DNA of 63,746 nucleotides, filler included, from Candidatus Nanoarchaeia archaeon (GCA_035290625.1; 5 parts of 5 records of this genome joined end to end with filler, not necessarily neighbours in it), one strand, 5' to 3'; shown: positions 1-10,277, numbered from the whole stretch's first letter. Translations and numbers: made by a program. The notes: generated by a model from the sequence alone, not told the origin.

Positions 1-2
1 AG

Positions 3-173
3 AGCCTGAAAGCATGGACGTCAAAAGAGCTGCGGCAAAAGTTTGCAATTATCAGGCAAACGAGACCGGAAACAGAGGATTTCTGGGCGTCAAGCTATTA
101 CTGCGGCACAGCAGGCCATGTTTCAGCTGAAGTCGTGGCAATGTACATACGGGAGAATTCAAGCAGGTATTGA
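3..173 (+). mobile_element. tnpA: IS200/IS605 TnpA (Y1 HUH transposase), C-terminal part truncated by window start
   Basis: Manual translation SLKAWTSKELRQKF...FWASSYYCGTAGHVSAEVVAMYIRENSSRY* fits the TnpA W..SYY..T.G......YI motif; a subterminal hairpin CCCCAT-TAAC-ATGGGG follows at ~200-215. Confidence 0.8.
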
Positions 174-270
174 TGCTTCGCATCGTGGGCATCCATCTAC
201 CCCATTAACATGGGGGAGACTTAGCCCACTGTTGGTTAACAAGTTGCAAAGCTTTATAAAAAAATAAAGG

Positions 271-1383
271 TTGGTTTGCTGGGTGAGCATCAACGAGGCG
301 CAAAGGCACCATCTCAAAAGATTCATCAAAGAGCTAGAGAAGCATAGGGGCAGGCATACGGAGCTGGTTTCTGTGTATATTCCTGCAGGCTATGACATGA
401 ATAAGATCATCAATCACCTCGGCCAGGAGCAGGGCACAGCAGTCAATATCAAATCTGCATCTACAAAGAAGAATGTGATCGATGCTTTGGAGCGCATGAT
501 CCAGCATCTTCGGCTGTTCAAGAGGACTCCTGAGCATGGCTTGGCTGTCTTTTCCGGAAATGTAGCTGAAAGGGAGGGACAGAGCGATGTCAAGGTATGG
601 AGCATCGAGCCGCCAGTCCCGCTCCAGACGAGGATCTACCGCTGCGACAAGGAATTCGTCGTCAGTATCCTCGCCGAGATGATGGAATCCAAAGAGGTGT
701 ACGGGCTCGTGGTGATTGACAGGAGAGACGCAGCAATTGCTTTTTTGAAGGGCAAGACAATCCAGCCCATGGTAAAGACCCATTCAGAGGTCCCAGGAAA
801 ATTCCGCGCAGGAGGCCAATCTGCAGCGCGGTTCGCAAGGCAGAGAGAAGGCGCCATCAGGGACCATTTCAAGAAAGTTGCTGATTACATGAAAGAGCAG
901 TTCCTCAACGCCCCCCACCTCAAGGGCATTTTGGTCGGCGGACCTGGCCCGACAAAATATGATTTTGTTGATAGCGGCACGATTACTGACCAAGTGAAGC
1001 AGAAAATCATTGCAATAAAGGATTTGAGCTACACTGAGGACTTTGGGCTGCAGGAGCTTGTGGACAAAAGCCAGGACGTCCTCAGCCAGGAGGGCATCGC
1101 TGAAGAAAAAGCCATCATGAACAAGCTCTTTGAGATGCTGGCAAAGCATCCTAACGCAGTGGCGTATGGGTTCACAGAGGTGATGAAGCGCCTGGAGATG
1201 GGAGCGGTTGCCATAGTCCTCGTCTCAGAGGCAATGGAAGACGAGAAGATTGAAAAGATAGAAGAAGAGGCAAAGAGATACTCGTCTGAGGTAAAGATTA
1301 TTTCAGTTGAGACCCGGGAAGGGGTCCAGCTCAAGGACATTGGGAAGATTGCGGCAATTCTGAGATATGAGATCCAGCAGTAA
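271..1383 (+). CDS. prf1: Peptide chain release factor aRF1 (true start probably GTG at 283)
   Basis: NIKS, YRCDKEF and GGQSAARF motifs. Confidence 0.97.
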   Translation: MVCWVSINEAQRHHLKRFIKELEKHRGRHTELVSVYIPAGYDMNKIINHLGQEQGTAVNIKSASTKKNVIDALERMIQHLRLFKRTPEHGLAVFSGNVAEREGQSDVKVWSIEPPVPLQTRIYRCDKEFVVSILAEMMESKEVYGLVVIDRRDAAIAFLKGKTIQPMVKTHSEVPGKFRAGGQSAARFARQREGAIRDHFKKVADYMKEQFLNAPHLKGILVGGPGPTKYDFVDSGTITDQVKQKIIAIKDLSYTEDFGLQELVDKSQDVLSQEGIAEEKAIMNKLFEMLAKHPNAVAYGFTEVMKRLEMGAVAIVLVSEAMEDEKIEKIEEEAKRYSSEVKIISVETREGVQLKDIGKIAAILRYEIQQ

Positions 1384-1400
1384 GTATCAGCAGTGAGAGT

Positions 1401-2066
1401 ATGGACATCGTTGAGGAAGCATTCCATGGGCTCTATCCAGGCAGGCCATACACGTATGCATCTTCAGTGAAGTATTCCTGGCAGCTCAAGGATTATAACT
1501 CGAATATCAGGTTTTCTGGCAGCAATCTGGCATTCCACCTGAACAAGAAATGGAGAAAAGTAGACAAGGAGATACGCTTAGGCCTGATTCAGTCGCTGCT
1601 TTCGCAGATCTTCAAGACAAGAAGACGGACGATAGAGATGGAGTATTACAGCTCATTTATCAAGCATCTCCATCTAGCTGTGCCGAAGACAAACGTGGAC
1701 GAAAGGCTTGCCGAAGTGTTCGGGCAGCTGAACGAGCAATATTTCAATGGGATGCTCGAGATGCCAAATCTGGCAATGGGGAATTCAACGACATCCAAAT
1801 TAGGCTCATACGAGTACGCCAGGGATCTCATCACTATCAGCTCAATCCTTGCAGATCATCCAAAGCTTTTGGAATATGTGCTTTTCCATGAGATGCTCCA
1901 CAAAAAATATAAGTTCTCCAGCAAAGGAGAACGCACAATCCACCATCCTCCTGAGTTTCTTGCAGAGGAAAAGAGATTTCCAAATGCCCAGCAGCTCGAG
2001 CAGGAGTTGAGCAGAGTTGCCAGAAAGGCAAAGGGATGGAGCTGGCTGATAGGCGCCAGAACATAA
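1401..2066 (+). CDS. SprT-like/M48-type zinc metalloprotease-domain protein
   Basis: YVLFHEMLH (HExxH), downstream HPPEF, LNEQYFNG motif. Confidence 0.75.
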   Translation: MDIVEEAFHGLYPGRPYTYASSVKYSWQLKDYNSNIRFSGSNLAFHLNKKWRKVDKEIRLGLIQSLLSQIFKTRRRTIEMEYYSSFIKHLHLAVPKTNVDERLAEVFGQLNEQYFNGMLEMPNLAMGNSTTSKLGSYEYARDLITISSILADHPKLLEYVLFHEMLHKKYKFSSKGERTIHHPPEFLAEEKRFPNAQQLEQELSRVARKAKGWSWLIGART

Positions 2067-2097
2067 CATTTATATAACATCGTCTGAACCTTTCGTT

Positions 2098-2322
2098 GTG
2101 GTTGCCAAGCATCTCCCTCTTGCAGCAATGGAGAAGATCCTTAAAAAAGGAGGAGCTGAGCGTGTGGGGGAAACCGCAAAGGCCGCTCTCAGGGACATCC
2201 TGGAAGAAAGGGCTGAAGCCACTGCAAGGCTGGCGGTCAGGCTTGCGAGCCACGCAGGCAGAAAAACAGTGAAGCCCGAGGATATTGCGCTGGCTGCAAA
2301 AGATCCATCAGGCAAGGGTTAA
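2098..2322 (+). CDS. Archaeal histone (HMf-like)
   Basis: LPLAAMEKILKKGGAERVG...HAGRKTVKPEDI. Confidence 0.95.
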   Translation: MVAKHLPLAAMEKILKKGGAERVGETAKAALRDILEERAEATARLAVRLASHAGRKTVKPEDIALAAKDPSGKG

Positions 2323-2392
2323 GGAAAAGCAAGGATTGGCCGAAATACAAAAACTTAAAAAAAGAGGGAAAATAGCGTAAGGTGAAGCAGGA

Positions 2393-2791
2393 ATGGAAGG
2401 GACAAAGTTTACAAGCATCGGCTCGCTGAAGATAGGAAACTATATTGTCATAGAGGGTGTAGCCTGCAAAGTTGTTGATATCCAGATATCGCGGCCAGGA
2501 AAGCACGGTCATGCAAAAGTTCGCTTGACTGGGACTGGCCTTATTGACGAGAAAAAAAGGGTGATCGTCGCCCCCGGGCATGACAATATCGAAGTCCCTA
2601 TTGTCGATAAGCGATCGGCGCAGGTATTGTCAATCGTTGGGGAAAAGGCAAATGTTATGGACTCGGAGACTTATGAGACATTTGATCTTGCAATCCCTTC
2701 GGAATTGCAGGGAAAGCTGGCCGAAGGAAGCAGCGTGATGTATTGGAGCATCCTTGGCCAGAGAGTGATGAAGCAGATAAAAGGAGATTGA
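2393..2791 (+). CDS. eif5a: Translation factor aIF-5A
   Basis: Hypusination motif PGKHGHAK. Confidence 0.97.
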   Translation: MEGTKFTSIGSLKIGNYIVIEGVACKVVDIQISRPGKHGHAKVRLTGTGLIDEKKRVIVAPGHDNIEVPIVDKRSAQVLSIVGEKANVMDSETYETFDLAIPSELQGKLAEGSSVMYWSILGQRVMKQIKGD

Positions 2792-2793
2792 CT

Positions 2794-2955
2794 ATGGTAA
2801 AATTCCCAGAAGCGCAGGCTCGTTTGTTCAGGAATAAATTTATTTGCAAGATCTGCAAGACCGCAGTCCGGGCAGAGAATCGTTTTGTTCTTGCCGGAAA
2901 GATCAAATGCAGAAAGTGCCAGGCAAGAAAGCTGCGACCGGTTAGAAAAAAATGA
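2794..2955 (+). CDS. rpl40e: 50S ribosomal protein L40e
   Basis: MVKFPEAQARLF...CKIC...CRKC...LRP. Confidence 0.9.
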   Translation: MVKFPEAQARLFRNKFICKICKTAVRAENRFVLAGKIKCRKCQARKLRPVRKK

Positions 2956-4166
2956 ATAGTGAGCTGGTTGCAACAGGTATTCTCTTTTTTCTCCTACTAG
3001 GGCTGCTTTACTGGAAAAGGAAATTCATCACGATCGAAAAGATTTTCTTTCCGGTGCTCTATTTTGCCATGCTCCGCACAGGCCTCGGTCTTAAGCTCAT
3101 GGACCGCCTGGCAAGGCGCATGCCCCGCTTTTGGAAGGCGGTTGGCATCCTGGGCATTATTGTCGGGTTTCTCGGCATGGTCCTTATTGTTGTTGAACTG
3201 GCAATAAACTTCATCCAGATTCTTGTGACTCCCGAAGCCGCTCCGGGGGTTGGCTTGGTTCTTCCCTTCCGGCTGCACGGAGCGATCTTTGTTCCACCGC
3301 TCTACTGGATTCTTTCCATATTCTTTCTGGCAGTGATTCATGAGTTTTCCCACGGCGTGCTTGCCCGGGTCTACGGCATACCGTTAAAGTCAAGCGGGTT
3401 CGCAGCAGTGTGCTTCTTCATTCCGATCATACCTGCAGCGTTTGTCGAGCCGGATGAGCAGGAGTTGGGAAAGAGGCCTGCCTGGCAGCAGCTTTCAGTA
3501 TTTGCGGCAGGCCCCCTTGCAAACATCGTCGCCGCGTTTCTTTTGCTATTCCTCTTGGGGCAGGTTGCACAGCCCATAGTTCAGGCAATGAACTCCCAAG
3601 ACGGGATTGAGATCACGGGGTTTGATGAGGGCGGAGGATCTTCTCCTGCAAAGGAAGCGGGGCTGGAAGCTGGAGACATCATCATTCAGGCAGGGGAGAG
3701 GGAAATTAAAGACTACGACGACCTCATAGGGGTATTCAATGCAACACAGCCAGGAGACCGGATGCAGGTTTCAACTGCCGCAGGAAAGTCTGTTGAGATC
3801 ACGCTTGGCTCTCATCCCACAAACGAAGGCAGGCCATATTTGGGTATTTTTCTCGACCAGCACACGTCAATAAAAAAAGAGTACGAACCATTGCGGGGTG
3901 TGAATGGCGGGTTGATATGGGCGGCAGGAAATCCATACAAGCTCAGCTTCTATTCCCAGACAGGGCTCCTTGGCTGGATGTGGATCCTGAACCTTGGCAT
4001 CGGACTCTTCAATCTTGCGCCTCTCGGACCGATTGATGGCGGAAGAATGCTGAAGGTAGGTCTCGAGACGATGTTCAGAAAAGAAATCGCCGCCAGCATC
4101 TGGAAATGGACAGGAATCACGGTTCTTGGCATAATCCTGTTCAGCCTGACTACTGCATTCTTCTGA
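2952..4166 (+). CDS. Site-2 (M50) membrane metalloprotease with PDZ domain
   Basis: HEFSH, AGPLAN, NLAPLGPIDGG; PDZ-like SPAKEAGLEAGD. Confidence 0.93.
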   Translation: MNSELVATGILFFLLLGLLYWKRKFITIEKIFFPVLYFAMLRTGLGLKLMDRLARRMPRFWKAVGILGIIVGFLGMVLIVVELAINFIQILVTPEAAPGVGLVLPFRLHGAIFVPPLYWILSIFFLAVIHEFSHGVLARVYGIPLKSSGFAAVCFFIPIIPAAFVEPDEQELGKRPAWQQLSVFAAGPLANIVAAFLLLFLLGQVAQPIVQAMNSQDGIEITGFDEGGGSSPAKEAGLEAGDIIIQAGEREIKDYDDLIGVFNATQPGDRMQVSTAAGKSVEITLGSHPTNEGRPYLGIFLDQHTSIKKEYEPLRGVNGGLIWAAGNPYKLSFYSQTGLLGWMWILNLGIGLFNLAPLGPIDGGRMLKVGLETMFRKEIAASIWKWTGITVLGIILFSLTTAFF

Positions 4167-4176
4167 TGCGATTCAC

Positions 4177-5502
4177 CTAAAACTCAAAAACATTCTTTTT
4201 CTCTTCCCTGAGCGCAGTTGGCGCTCCGCCTCCGTGCCAGCTCACCCGCGGCCGAATCCGCATTGGGTACATCCTTTCGTTCACATCATCGAAAGCTATG
4301 GCTGAGCCAACAACACGGGGGAGATAGTTGAACTGGGTGTCTAAGCCTTCACGCATGTAGCTTTGCATAAGCATACCAAGCGCTTGGATATCAACGTTCG
4401 CGGTGATCCGATGCGAGATGACAATATCAGACTGCGTCATGACGTCGGTATGGATCTTTCCCGGCTGCTGCGATGCAAGAACAAGGGAGATTCCGGGCTG
4501 CCTTCCTTCCCGAAGGATCGTGATCAGGCTGTCCGAAGCTGCGGTTTTGCCCTTGTTGGGAAGAAACTCGTGCGCTTCATCAATGATGATCCACACCAGC
4601 GGCTCCGTGCTGGCCTCATCTTCTCCTTCAAAAATTGCCTCCCGGCTCTTCCTGATGGCCTGATATTCCTCTGCTTTTCTGGACACCATGCGGTCGATAA
4701 AGAGCTTCTGGGTCAGCAGACCGACAACCAGCGCCCGGATGTTCTCTGCACCGGGAACAACTGCATAGGCGCTCACATCAAGGATGGATATCTGGCCTCC
4801 TTTCACGATCCGGTCAATCTTAATTCCTTCTTCAGAGAAAAGGCCCCAGTGCTCAGCAACCTGGAAGCGGTTATCTGCAGCATCTCTCACAGCCTGCTCA
4901 ACCTTGCCCTCAACAGAAAGCTCGGCGCGAATATCAAGGAGAGAATAGTTCTTTCCCTCGTCCTGCAACTTTCCGATGACCCTCTCAATCAGTACTCCAA
5001 GAGGGCTGTTGATATCAATGCCGAACGCATGGCACCAGTCAAATGCGCTCAATTGGGAGGGCTGGAGGCTAAAAGGGTAGTCTACCGGGATGCCTTTTTC
5101 CTTGAATTGGCTGAAGTATCCGACGGGGGCAAAAATCAGGGGGGACAGCGGCTTCCCCTTGATTCCCCACTCCTCAAGCAGCTCTTCTTCCTGCTTATTC
5201 GGATATTTCATGGTCCAATAGATGCCCATCGTGTCAAGGATGACTATCGCCAGCCTATTTGCGATCTGTTCTGGCAAATGGGCCATGCCTTCTGCAATAA
5301 CGCCCATAGTGTAGGACTTTCCTGATCCCCTCTTGCCGCAGATAAAGACAGCATGAGATTGGGAAACATCCATATAGATCGGGTTGGAGAGGGAGGTCGT
5401 TTGGCCCATCTTCACATAATGCTTGCCAAGCAAAATCGTCCCCTCTTTCCCGAATTTCTGCTTCTGAGCCTCGTCTCTGCCAAGGATGATATCATAAACC
5501 AT
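4177..5502 (-). CDS. HerA/FtsK-like P-loop ATPase (DUF87 type)
   Basis: Walker A GKRGSGKS, Walker B IIIDEAH, REGRQPGISLVLASQQP. Confidence 0.88.
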   Translation of the reverse strand: MVYDIILGRDEAQKQKFGKEGTILLGKHYVKMGQTTSLSNPIYMDVSQSHAVFICGKRGSGKSYTMGVIAEGMAHLPEQIANRLAIVILDTMGIYWTMKYPNKQEEELLEEWGIKGKPLSPLIFAPVGYFSQFKEKGIPVDYPFSLQPSQLSAFDWCHAFGIDINSPLGVLIERVIGKLQDEGKNYSLLDIRAELSVEGKVEQAVRDAADNRFQVAEHWGLFSEEGIKIDRIVKGGQISILDVSAYAVVPGAENIRALVVGLLTQKLFIDRMVSRKAEEYQAIRKSREAIFEGEDEASTEPLVWIIIDEAHEFLPNKGKTAASDSLITILREGRQPGISLVLASQQPGKIHTDVMTQSDIVISHRITANVDIQALGMLMQSYMREGLDTQFNYLPRVVGSAIAFDDVNERMYPMRIRPRVSWHGGGAPTALREEKKNVFEF

Positions 5503-5593
5503 GAAGAAGCGTTACCGGCATTCCATAATAATCTTTTGCACTAACTAAAGAATAGTAAAGTTTATTAACAAACTGCATTCCCCCGGCGGTGAA

Positions 5594-7201
5594 ATGCCAG
5601 CCCATGATGAAGACATTGAAGAACACTATGATTGGGAAGATGATCTCGACCTGATTGGAGGGGAGATCAGTCATTCTGAGAAGGAGAGCCATTCTGAAAA
5701 GAAACAGAAAAAATCCAAAGAAACAGAAAAAAAAGTTAAGCGCGAGGAACCAAGGCCAAAAAAAGAGGAGCCAAAAGAGGTGAAGAAAGAATCTCAAGAG
5801 GATAGTGGAGATCTCTTCTCTGACTCAGTCTCTGATTCGGAGTTCTTGGACAAAGAGCCCCGGAAATCCAGCTTCGGCCTATGGGTTGCTGGCATCATCA
5901 TCTTTCTGATATTTGGGGGAGCAACATGGTATGTGCTGGCACCCGAACAGATCGCTGCAAAGAATGCAGGAGTCATCAATGGCGTTCCAGTCACAGAAGA
6001 TCAGCTTGCTACGCAATATGAGATATTTTTTCTCTTTAGTGGGCTTCCCGAAGGCTACCGCGATACCATGGGCAAAGAAGAATATCTGGATCAGATCCTC
6101 ACCAATGAAGTCCTGCTCATAAGCGCGGCTGAGGCCCAGGGCATTGAGATTATGGACAGCGAGTTGCAGCAGGAATACCAAAATTTCCTGAAGGGCAATG
6201 GCCTTACAGAGAGGGTTCTGGAGCAGCAGCTTGCTGAGAAGAAACTGGAGTTGGGTGATATCAAGCAGTTCATCAGAAATCGGATGCTCATGGCCGGATT
6301 TTTGGACAAGAATGTTTTCAGCGGAGTAACTGCCGCAGAAGAAGAGCTTACGCAGTATTTCCAGCAGAATGTGCCTGCAAAGCAAGAGCGTGTCAAGGCT
6401 TCGCATATACTGGTAACGACGAAGGAAGAGGCTGAACAGGTAGTTCGCAAGCTCAAGGCAGGCGAGGACTTCGCAGAACTTGCCAGAAACCTATCAATTG
6501 ATCCAAGCGCAAAAGCCAACAACGGATCTCTTGGATATTTTGGAAAAGGCGTAATGGTGCAGGAATTTGAATCTGCTGCGTTTTCACTTGATGTTGGAGA
6601 GATTTCTGACCCTGTTCAGACTCAGTTTGGGTTTCATATTATAAAGGTTGAGGACAGGAAAGATGAGATTACCCTTGACGATGTTCGCAGTGAGGTGGAG
6701 GCAAATGTCGTCAGAGGCAAACAGGAGCAGGCGCTTCAGGGCTTCCTGGAGCAGATGCGCGAGCGCGCTGATATTAAGATTGAGGAAGAAAGCAAAGACG
6801 GCAGCTCTGCATCAGACCAAAAATCAGGCCAGAAAAGTGAGTTCACGCCAACAGGCCAGGCAGCTTGCACTGAAGACGGGAAACCGGTTATAAGGATGTT
6901 CTCGGCTTCACGTGATCCTCAAAGCTGGAGCAGAGAGGCATTTAATTCGCTTGCCATCCAGTACCCTGATGCCGTAGTTTATAGCTGGGAGCTCGACACA
7001 GGAGACAATCTTGTGACTCCGGAAGAGGAGCATTCAGTCCCTCAATCTGAAGTGGACTTATTTATCAAGTACAGCCCGAAAAGCCAGGTTCCTGCATTTG
7101 TTTTCAGCTGCCAGTATGTTCGGATCGGGAATGCCTTCTCAGAAAGAAGTGAACAGGCCGAACTCCAGGAATTTAAGATGATGATGGAAAGGGTTCTGTG
7201 A
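5594..7201 (+). CDS. Membrane-anchored SurA/PrsA-like parvulin peptidyl-prolyl isomerase with extra C-terminal domain
   Basis: TM helix, SurA-N-like region, ASHILV...FAELARNLSID...GSLG...FESAAF...TQFGFHII. Confidence 0.88.
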   Translation: MPAHDEDIEEHYDWEDDLDLIGGEISHSEKESHSEKKQKKSKETEKKVKREEPRPKKEEPKEVKKESQEDSGDLFSDSVSDSEFLDKEPRKSSFGLWVAGIIIFLIFGGATWYVLAPEQIAAKNAGVINGVPVTEDQLATQYEIFFLFSGLPEGYRDTMGKEEYLDQILTNEVLLISAAEAQGIEIMDSELQQEYQNFLKGNGLTERVLEQQLAEKKLELGDIKQFIRNRMLMAGFLDKNVFSGVTAAEEELTQYFQQNVPAKQERVKASHILVTTKEEAEQVVRKLKAGEDFAELARNLSIDPSAKANNGSLGYFGKGVMVQEFESAAFSLDVGEISDPVQTQFGFHIIKVEDRKDEITLDDVRSEVEANVVRGKQEQALQGFLEQMRERADIKIEEESKDGSSASDQKSGQKSEFTPTGQAACTEDGKPVIRMFSASRDPQSWSREAFNSLAIQYPDAVVYSWELDTGDNLVTPEEEHSVPQSEVDLFIKYSPKSQVPAFVFSCQYVRIGNAFSERSEQAELQEFKMMMERVL

Positions 7202-7317
7202 GACTTTGCGAGATTGTTCTGAGATGGCTACCCATAGGACTCCATGTTACAGTCTCAAATAAACATCCTCCTAAAAGGTAAGAGATAAACAAGAGAAATA
7301 AAAAAGAATAAAAAACT

Positions 7318-8613
7318 CTAGCCCAGGTCTCCAACTGTCAGCACCCCAAGACGGGTTTGCTCTGACCGGATCTTGGAGTCCATGCCTATCAGGTATTTTA
7401 CATTGCTCCGCTCAGCTGTTTGGGTCAGGAGCCTGTCCACAACACCATCAAAGATGATTGCATACACTCCTGAGGTAAGGCTCTTAAGCGTGGTCACAAG
7501 TTCAGTGACAGGCACCTTGCCAAGGATAGTGAGTTTATCATCAAGGAGGTACGCTCCTCGGGTTCCCACCAAATCGTCAAGCATGGTTGAAAACGCCTTT
7601 TTCATATCTGGATGCAAGGAAGTTTCGGAGGGTGTGCTCACAGGCTGGCTTGCAGGCTGCCGGTGTTGAGGCCTATCTTGGTATTTTTCCTGGTGCTTCG
7701 ACATATCTGCGCTCCGCACAAGCTGGCGCACATAATTGCGGTTGCCGGCCTGCTGGTTACGCTCCAATTCCTTTGAAAGTTCCATCTTTGCCTGCTCAAT
7801 AGCGATCCTGGAACGCAATGCCTTATGAATCTCCTTTTGAGTGATCTCCTCAACCTCCTTCCCGTCAGGAGCCCGAGTGACAAAATCAATGTCTGCGACC
7901 TCGAGCAGCTCTTTCAGGATGAGGTTTCCACCTCGGTCCCCATCCACAAAAACTGTCACGATTTTTTCCTTGGAAAGATCGATGATAGTCTGGGGAACGC
8001 TGGTGCCGTTCATTGCAATAGCATTCTTGATACCGTGCTTGAGAAGATTCACAACATCGGCTCTTCCTTCCACCAAGATGCATTCGTTGGAGTCAGCAAT
8101 GCTCGGCCCGGCAGGAAGCCGGTCTTTGCCATATTCCTGAATCTCCATGACTCGGACAGAGTAGGCGACCTCGTCTGCAAGCTCCCGTGAATCGGGAAGC
8201 ACAGACTCTGTCAGAGTCCTCAGGAGCTCCTTAGCCCGATTGATGACAAACATACGCTTAGCGACACGCACATCCTCGATGTTAAGGACATTGACCTTGG
8301 CATTGCAAGGGCCAATCCGCTGGATGATCTCAAGAGAAGCTGCAACGATTGCGGTTTCTGCTTTGTCCAGAGAAGAAGGGATGATAATCTTGCCCCCAGT
8401 CTTCCCATTCCGGGTGTCAACATCCACCTCAATCCTTCCAATCCTTCCAGATCGCTGAAGCTCCCGCAGCTCAAGCTCGGGACCCAAAAGGCCTTCAGTC
8501 TGCCCGAATACTGCTCCGATAACGTCAGGCTTGTCAACAACCCCTTCAATGTCAATTGAGGTGTTTATGATATATTTTGCCGATAAAGGGCTTATTTTTC
8601 CCATGGTAATCAC
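7318..8613 (-). CDS. dnaG: Archaeal DnaG-like protein (TOPRIM; exosome-associated in archaea)
   Basis: GVVDKPDVIGAVFGQTEGLLG, VEGRADV, DGDRGG. Confidence 0.95.
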   Translation of the reverse strand: MITMGKISPLSAKYIINTSIDIEGVVDKPDVIGAVFGQTEGLLGPELELRELQRSGRIGRIEVDVDTRNGKTGGKIIIPSSLDKAETAIVAASLEIIQRIGPCNAKVNVLNIEDVRVAKRMFVINRAKELLRTLTESVLPDSRELADEVAYSVRVMEIQEYGKDRLPAGPSIADSNECILVEGRADVVNLLKHGIKNAIAMNGTSVPQTIIDLSKEKIVTVFVDGDRGGNLILKELLEVADIDFVTRAPDGKEVEEITQKEIHKALRSRIAIEQAKMELSKELERNQQAGNRNYVRQLVRSADMSKHQEKYQDRPQHRQPASQPVSTPSETSLHPDMKKAFSTMLDDLVGTRGAYLLDDKLTILGKVPVTELVTTLKSLTSGVYAIIFDGVVDRLLTQTAERSNVKYLIGMDSKIRSEQTRLGVLTVGDLG

Positions 8614-8617
8614 CTGT

Positions 8618-8822
8618 TGTTAGTGATACGACTTTAGAACAAGCTTTACATTGGCTCCGTGCGCGCAGGCACCTCATCTACCCCAACCCATAAGGAAATA
8701 AGGAATGTAAAACAGTTCTAAGGATATCACCGTATGATTTTGAATATGTGGCCCGTGCACTAACCCCCAGGCTCATAGCTTGAATTTATCGTAAGCTCGA
8801 CGTGGGTACTCTTGTGACGGGC
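8618..8822 (-). ncRNA. Candidate structured RNA or long leader: two long hairpins, each followed by ACA, upstream of dnaG
   Basis: Nested complementary arms GTGATA/TATCAC, TTAGAAC/GTTCTAA, TTTACATT/AATGTAAA (8623-8730) and GCCCGT/ACGGGC, AGCTT/AAGCT (8751-8822). Confidence 0.35.
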
Positions 8823-8984
8823 TTGACTGTGAAACATCACTGATTGGATAATCAATGATAGAAAAAGGAGGGGTTTGCGGCAGTATTTAAATGTATGCTT
8901 GAGTATGGCTGCTGCATTTTGGAGACGTTTTCCACAACGCTTAAAAAAGAAGGATTATTCATAAATATTCACGAAACTGTTCAA

Positions 8985-9071
8985 GCCCCGTTGGTGTAGT
9001 CCGGTCAATCATTCAGCCCTTTCGATGCAAAAAGAAAGGCTGGGACATGGGTTCAAATCCCATACGGGGCA
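8985..9071 (+). tRNA. tRNA-Glu(TTC) with 12-nt intron at 37/38 (9025-9036)
   Basis: Cloverleaf; removing the BHB intron gives CAGCC-CTTTCGA-GGCTG. Confidence 0.92.
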
Positions 9072-9115
9072 TTTGCGGAAAGGTTTATAAATAAACCAAA
9101 AGCATCTCCCCAAGG

Positions 9116-9217
9116 ATGAAGCGAAGCTCAAGGCGTTGGAAGAAGAAAAGACAAATGCGCTGGAAATGGCAACGAAAGCGCATGAAGAAAGAAAAACGGC
9201 TCCGAGCACGCAAATAG
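9116..9217 (+). CDS. rpl41e: Ribosomal protein L41e (33 aa, not in the ORF track)
   Basis: MKRSSRRWKKKRQMRWKWQRKRMKKEKRLRARK; own BRE/TATA (GAAAGGTTTATAAA) at ~9078-9091. Confidence 0.85.
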   Translation: MKRSSRRWKKKRQMRWKWQRKRMKKEKRLRARK

Positions 9218-9228
9218 CGCCATTCAGT

Positions 9229-9245
9229 AGAAATGTTTAAATACT
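9229..9245 (+). promoter_or_regulatory. Probable rRNA operon promoter (BRE + TATA)
   Basis: GAAATGTTTAAATAC ~110 nt upstream of the 16S. Confidence 0.5.
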
Positions 9246-9980
9246 ACGTCGAACTTTCATATTTCTCCAAAATCGCCTCCAGGTTAATTTTCTTTTGATG
9301 TGTACTTGATTGCAACATTAAGTATGAAGAAGGTTTATCGAATTGCGACCAGTAAAATCCCGTTGATCCTGCGGGAGATTGCTGCTATTAGGATTCGACT
9401 AAGCCATGCAAGTCTTCTCGCAAGAGAGGCAGAATGCTCAGTAACACGTCGATAATCTACCTTTAGGTCAGGGATAACCTTGGGAAACTGAGGGTAACAC
9501 CTGATAGGATATGAGTATTGGGACATCTTATATCTGAAAAGCAGTGCCTAAAGATGAGTCGGCGGTCGATTAGGTCGTTGGCGGGGTAATGGCCCACCAA
9601 GCCAAAGATCGATAGGGGCCTTGAGAGAGGGAGCCCCGAGAAGGGCACTGAGACACTGGCCCTAGCCCTACGGGGTGCAGCAGGCGCGAAAACTCTACAA
9701 TGCACGCAAGTGTGATAGGGGAATCCTAAGTGCTCATGTTTAACATGGGCTTTTGCCAAGAGTAAATATCTTGGCGAATAAGTGGTGGGTAAGACAGGTG
9801 CCAGCAGCCGCGGTAACACCTGCGCCACAAGTGGCAATCATAGTTATTTGGCCTAAAGCGTCCGTAGCTGGTTCATTAAATCTTTTGTGAAATTGTTTGG
9901 CTCAACCAAACAGCGCGCAAGAGAGACTGGTGAACTTGGAACCGGGAGGAGTCAGAAGTATTCTTGGAGTAGCGGTAAAA

Positions 9981-10024
9981 CAAACTCGCTGCGTTCATAA
10001 CTGTGAACGCAGTGGTTTTTACAG
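9981..10024 (+). other. 44-nt BHB-type intron in 16S (near E. coli position ~696)
   Basis: Helix GTAA/TTAC with AAC and AGT bulges; excision restores GCGGTAAAATGTTATAATCCC. Confidence 0.8.
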
Positions 10025-10220
10025 TGTTATAATCCCAAGAAGACTACCTGTGGCGAAGGCGTCTGACCAGAACGGATTCGACAGTGAGGGACGAAAGCTG
10101 GGGGAGCAAAACGGATTAGATACCCGTGTAGTCCCAGCCGTAAACGCTGCGAGCTAGATGGTGCATATTCTTCGAGAATGTGCAGTGTCGAAGCGAAGGC
10201 ATTAAGCTCGCCGCCTGGGA

Positions 10221-10277
<57 letters not shown>

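Noticed and set aside
43..267. 74-aa ORF in the track
   Set aside because: Wrong frame; the region encodes the TnpA tail in another frame plus the IS end
4363..5325. Long antisense ORFs (also 16855-17745, 31358-32188, 53114-53806)
   Set aside because: Shadow frames opposite well-conserved genes, with no motifs
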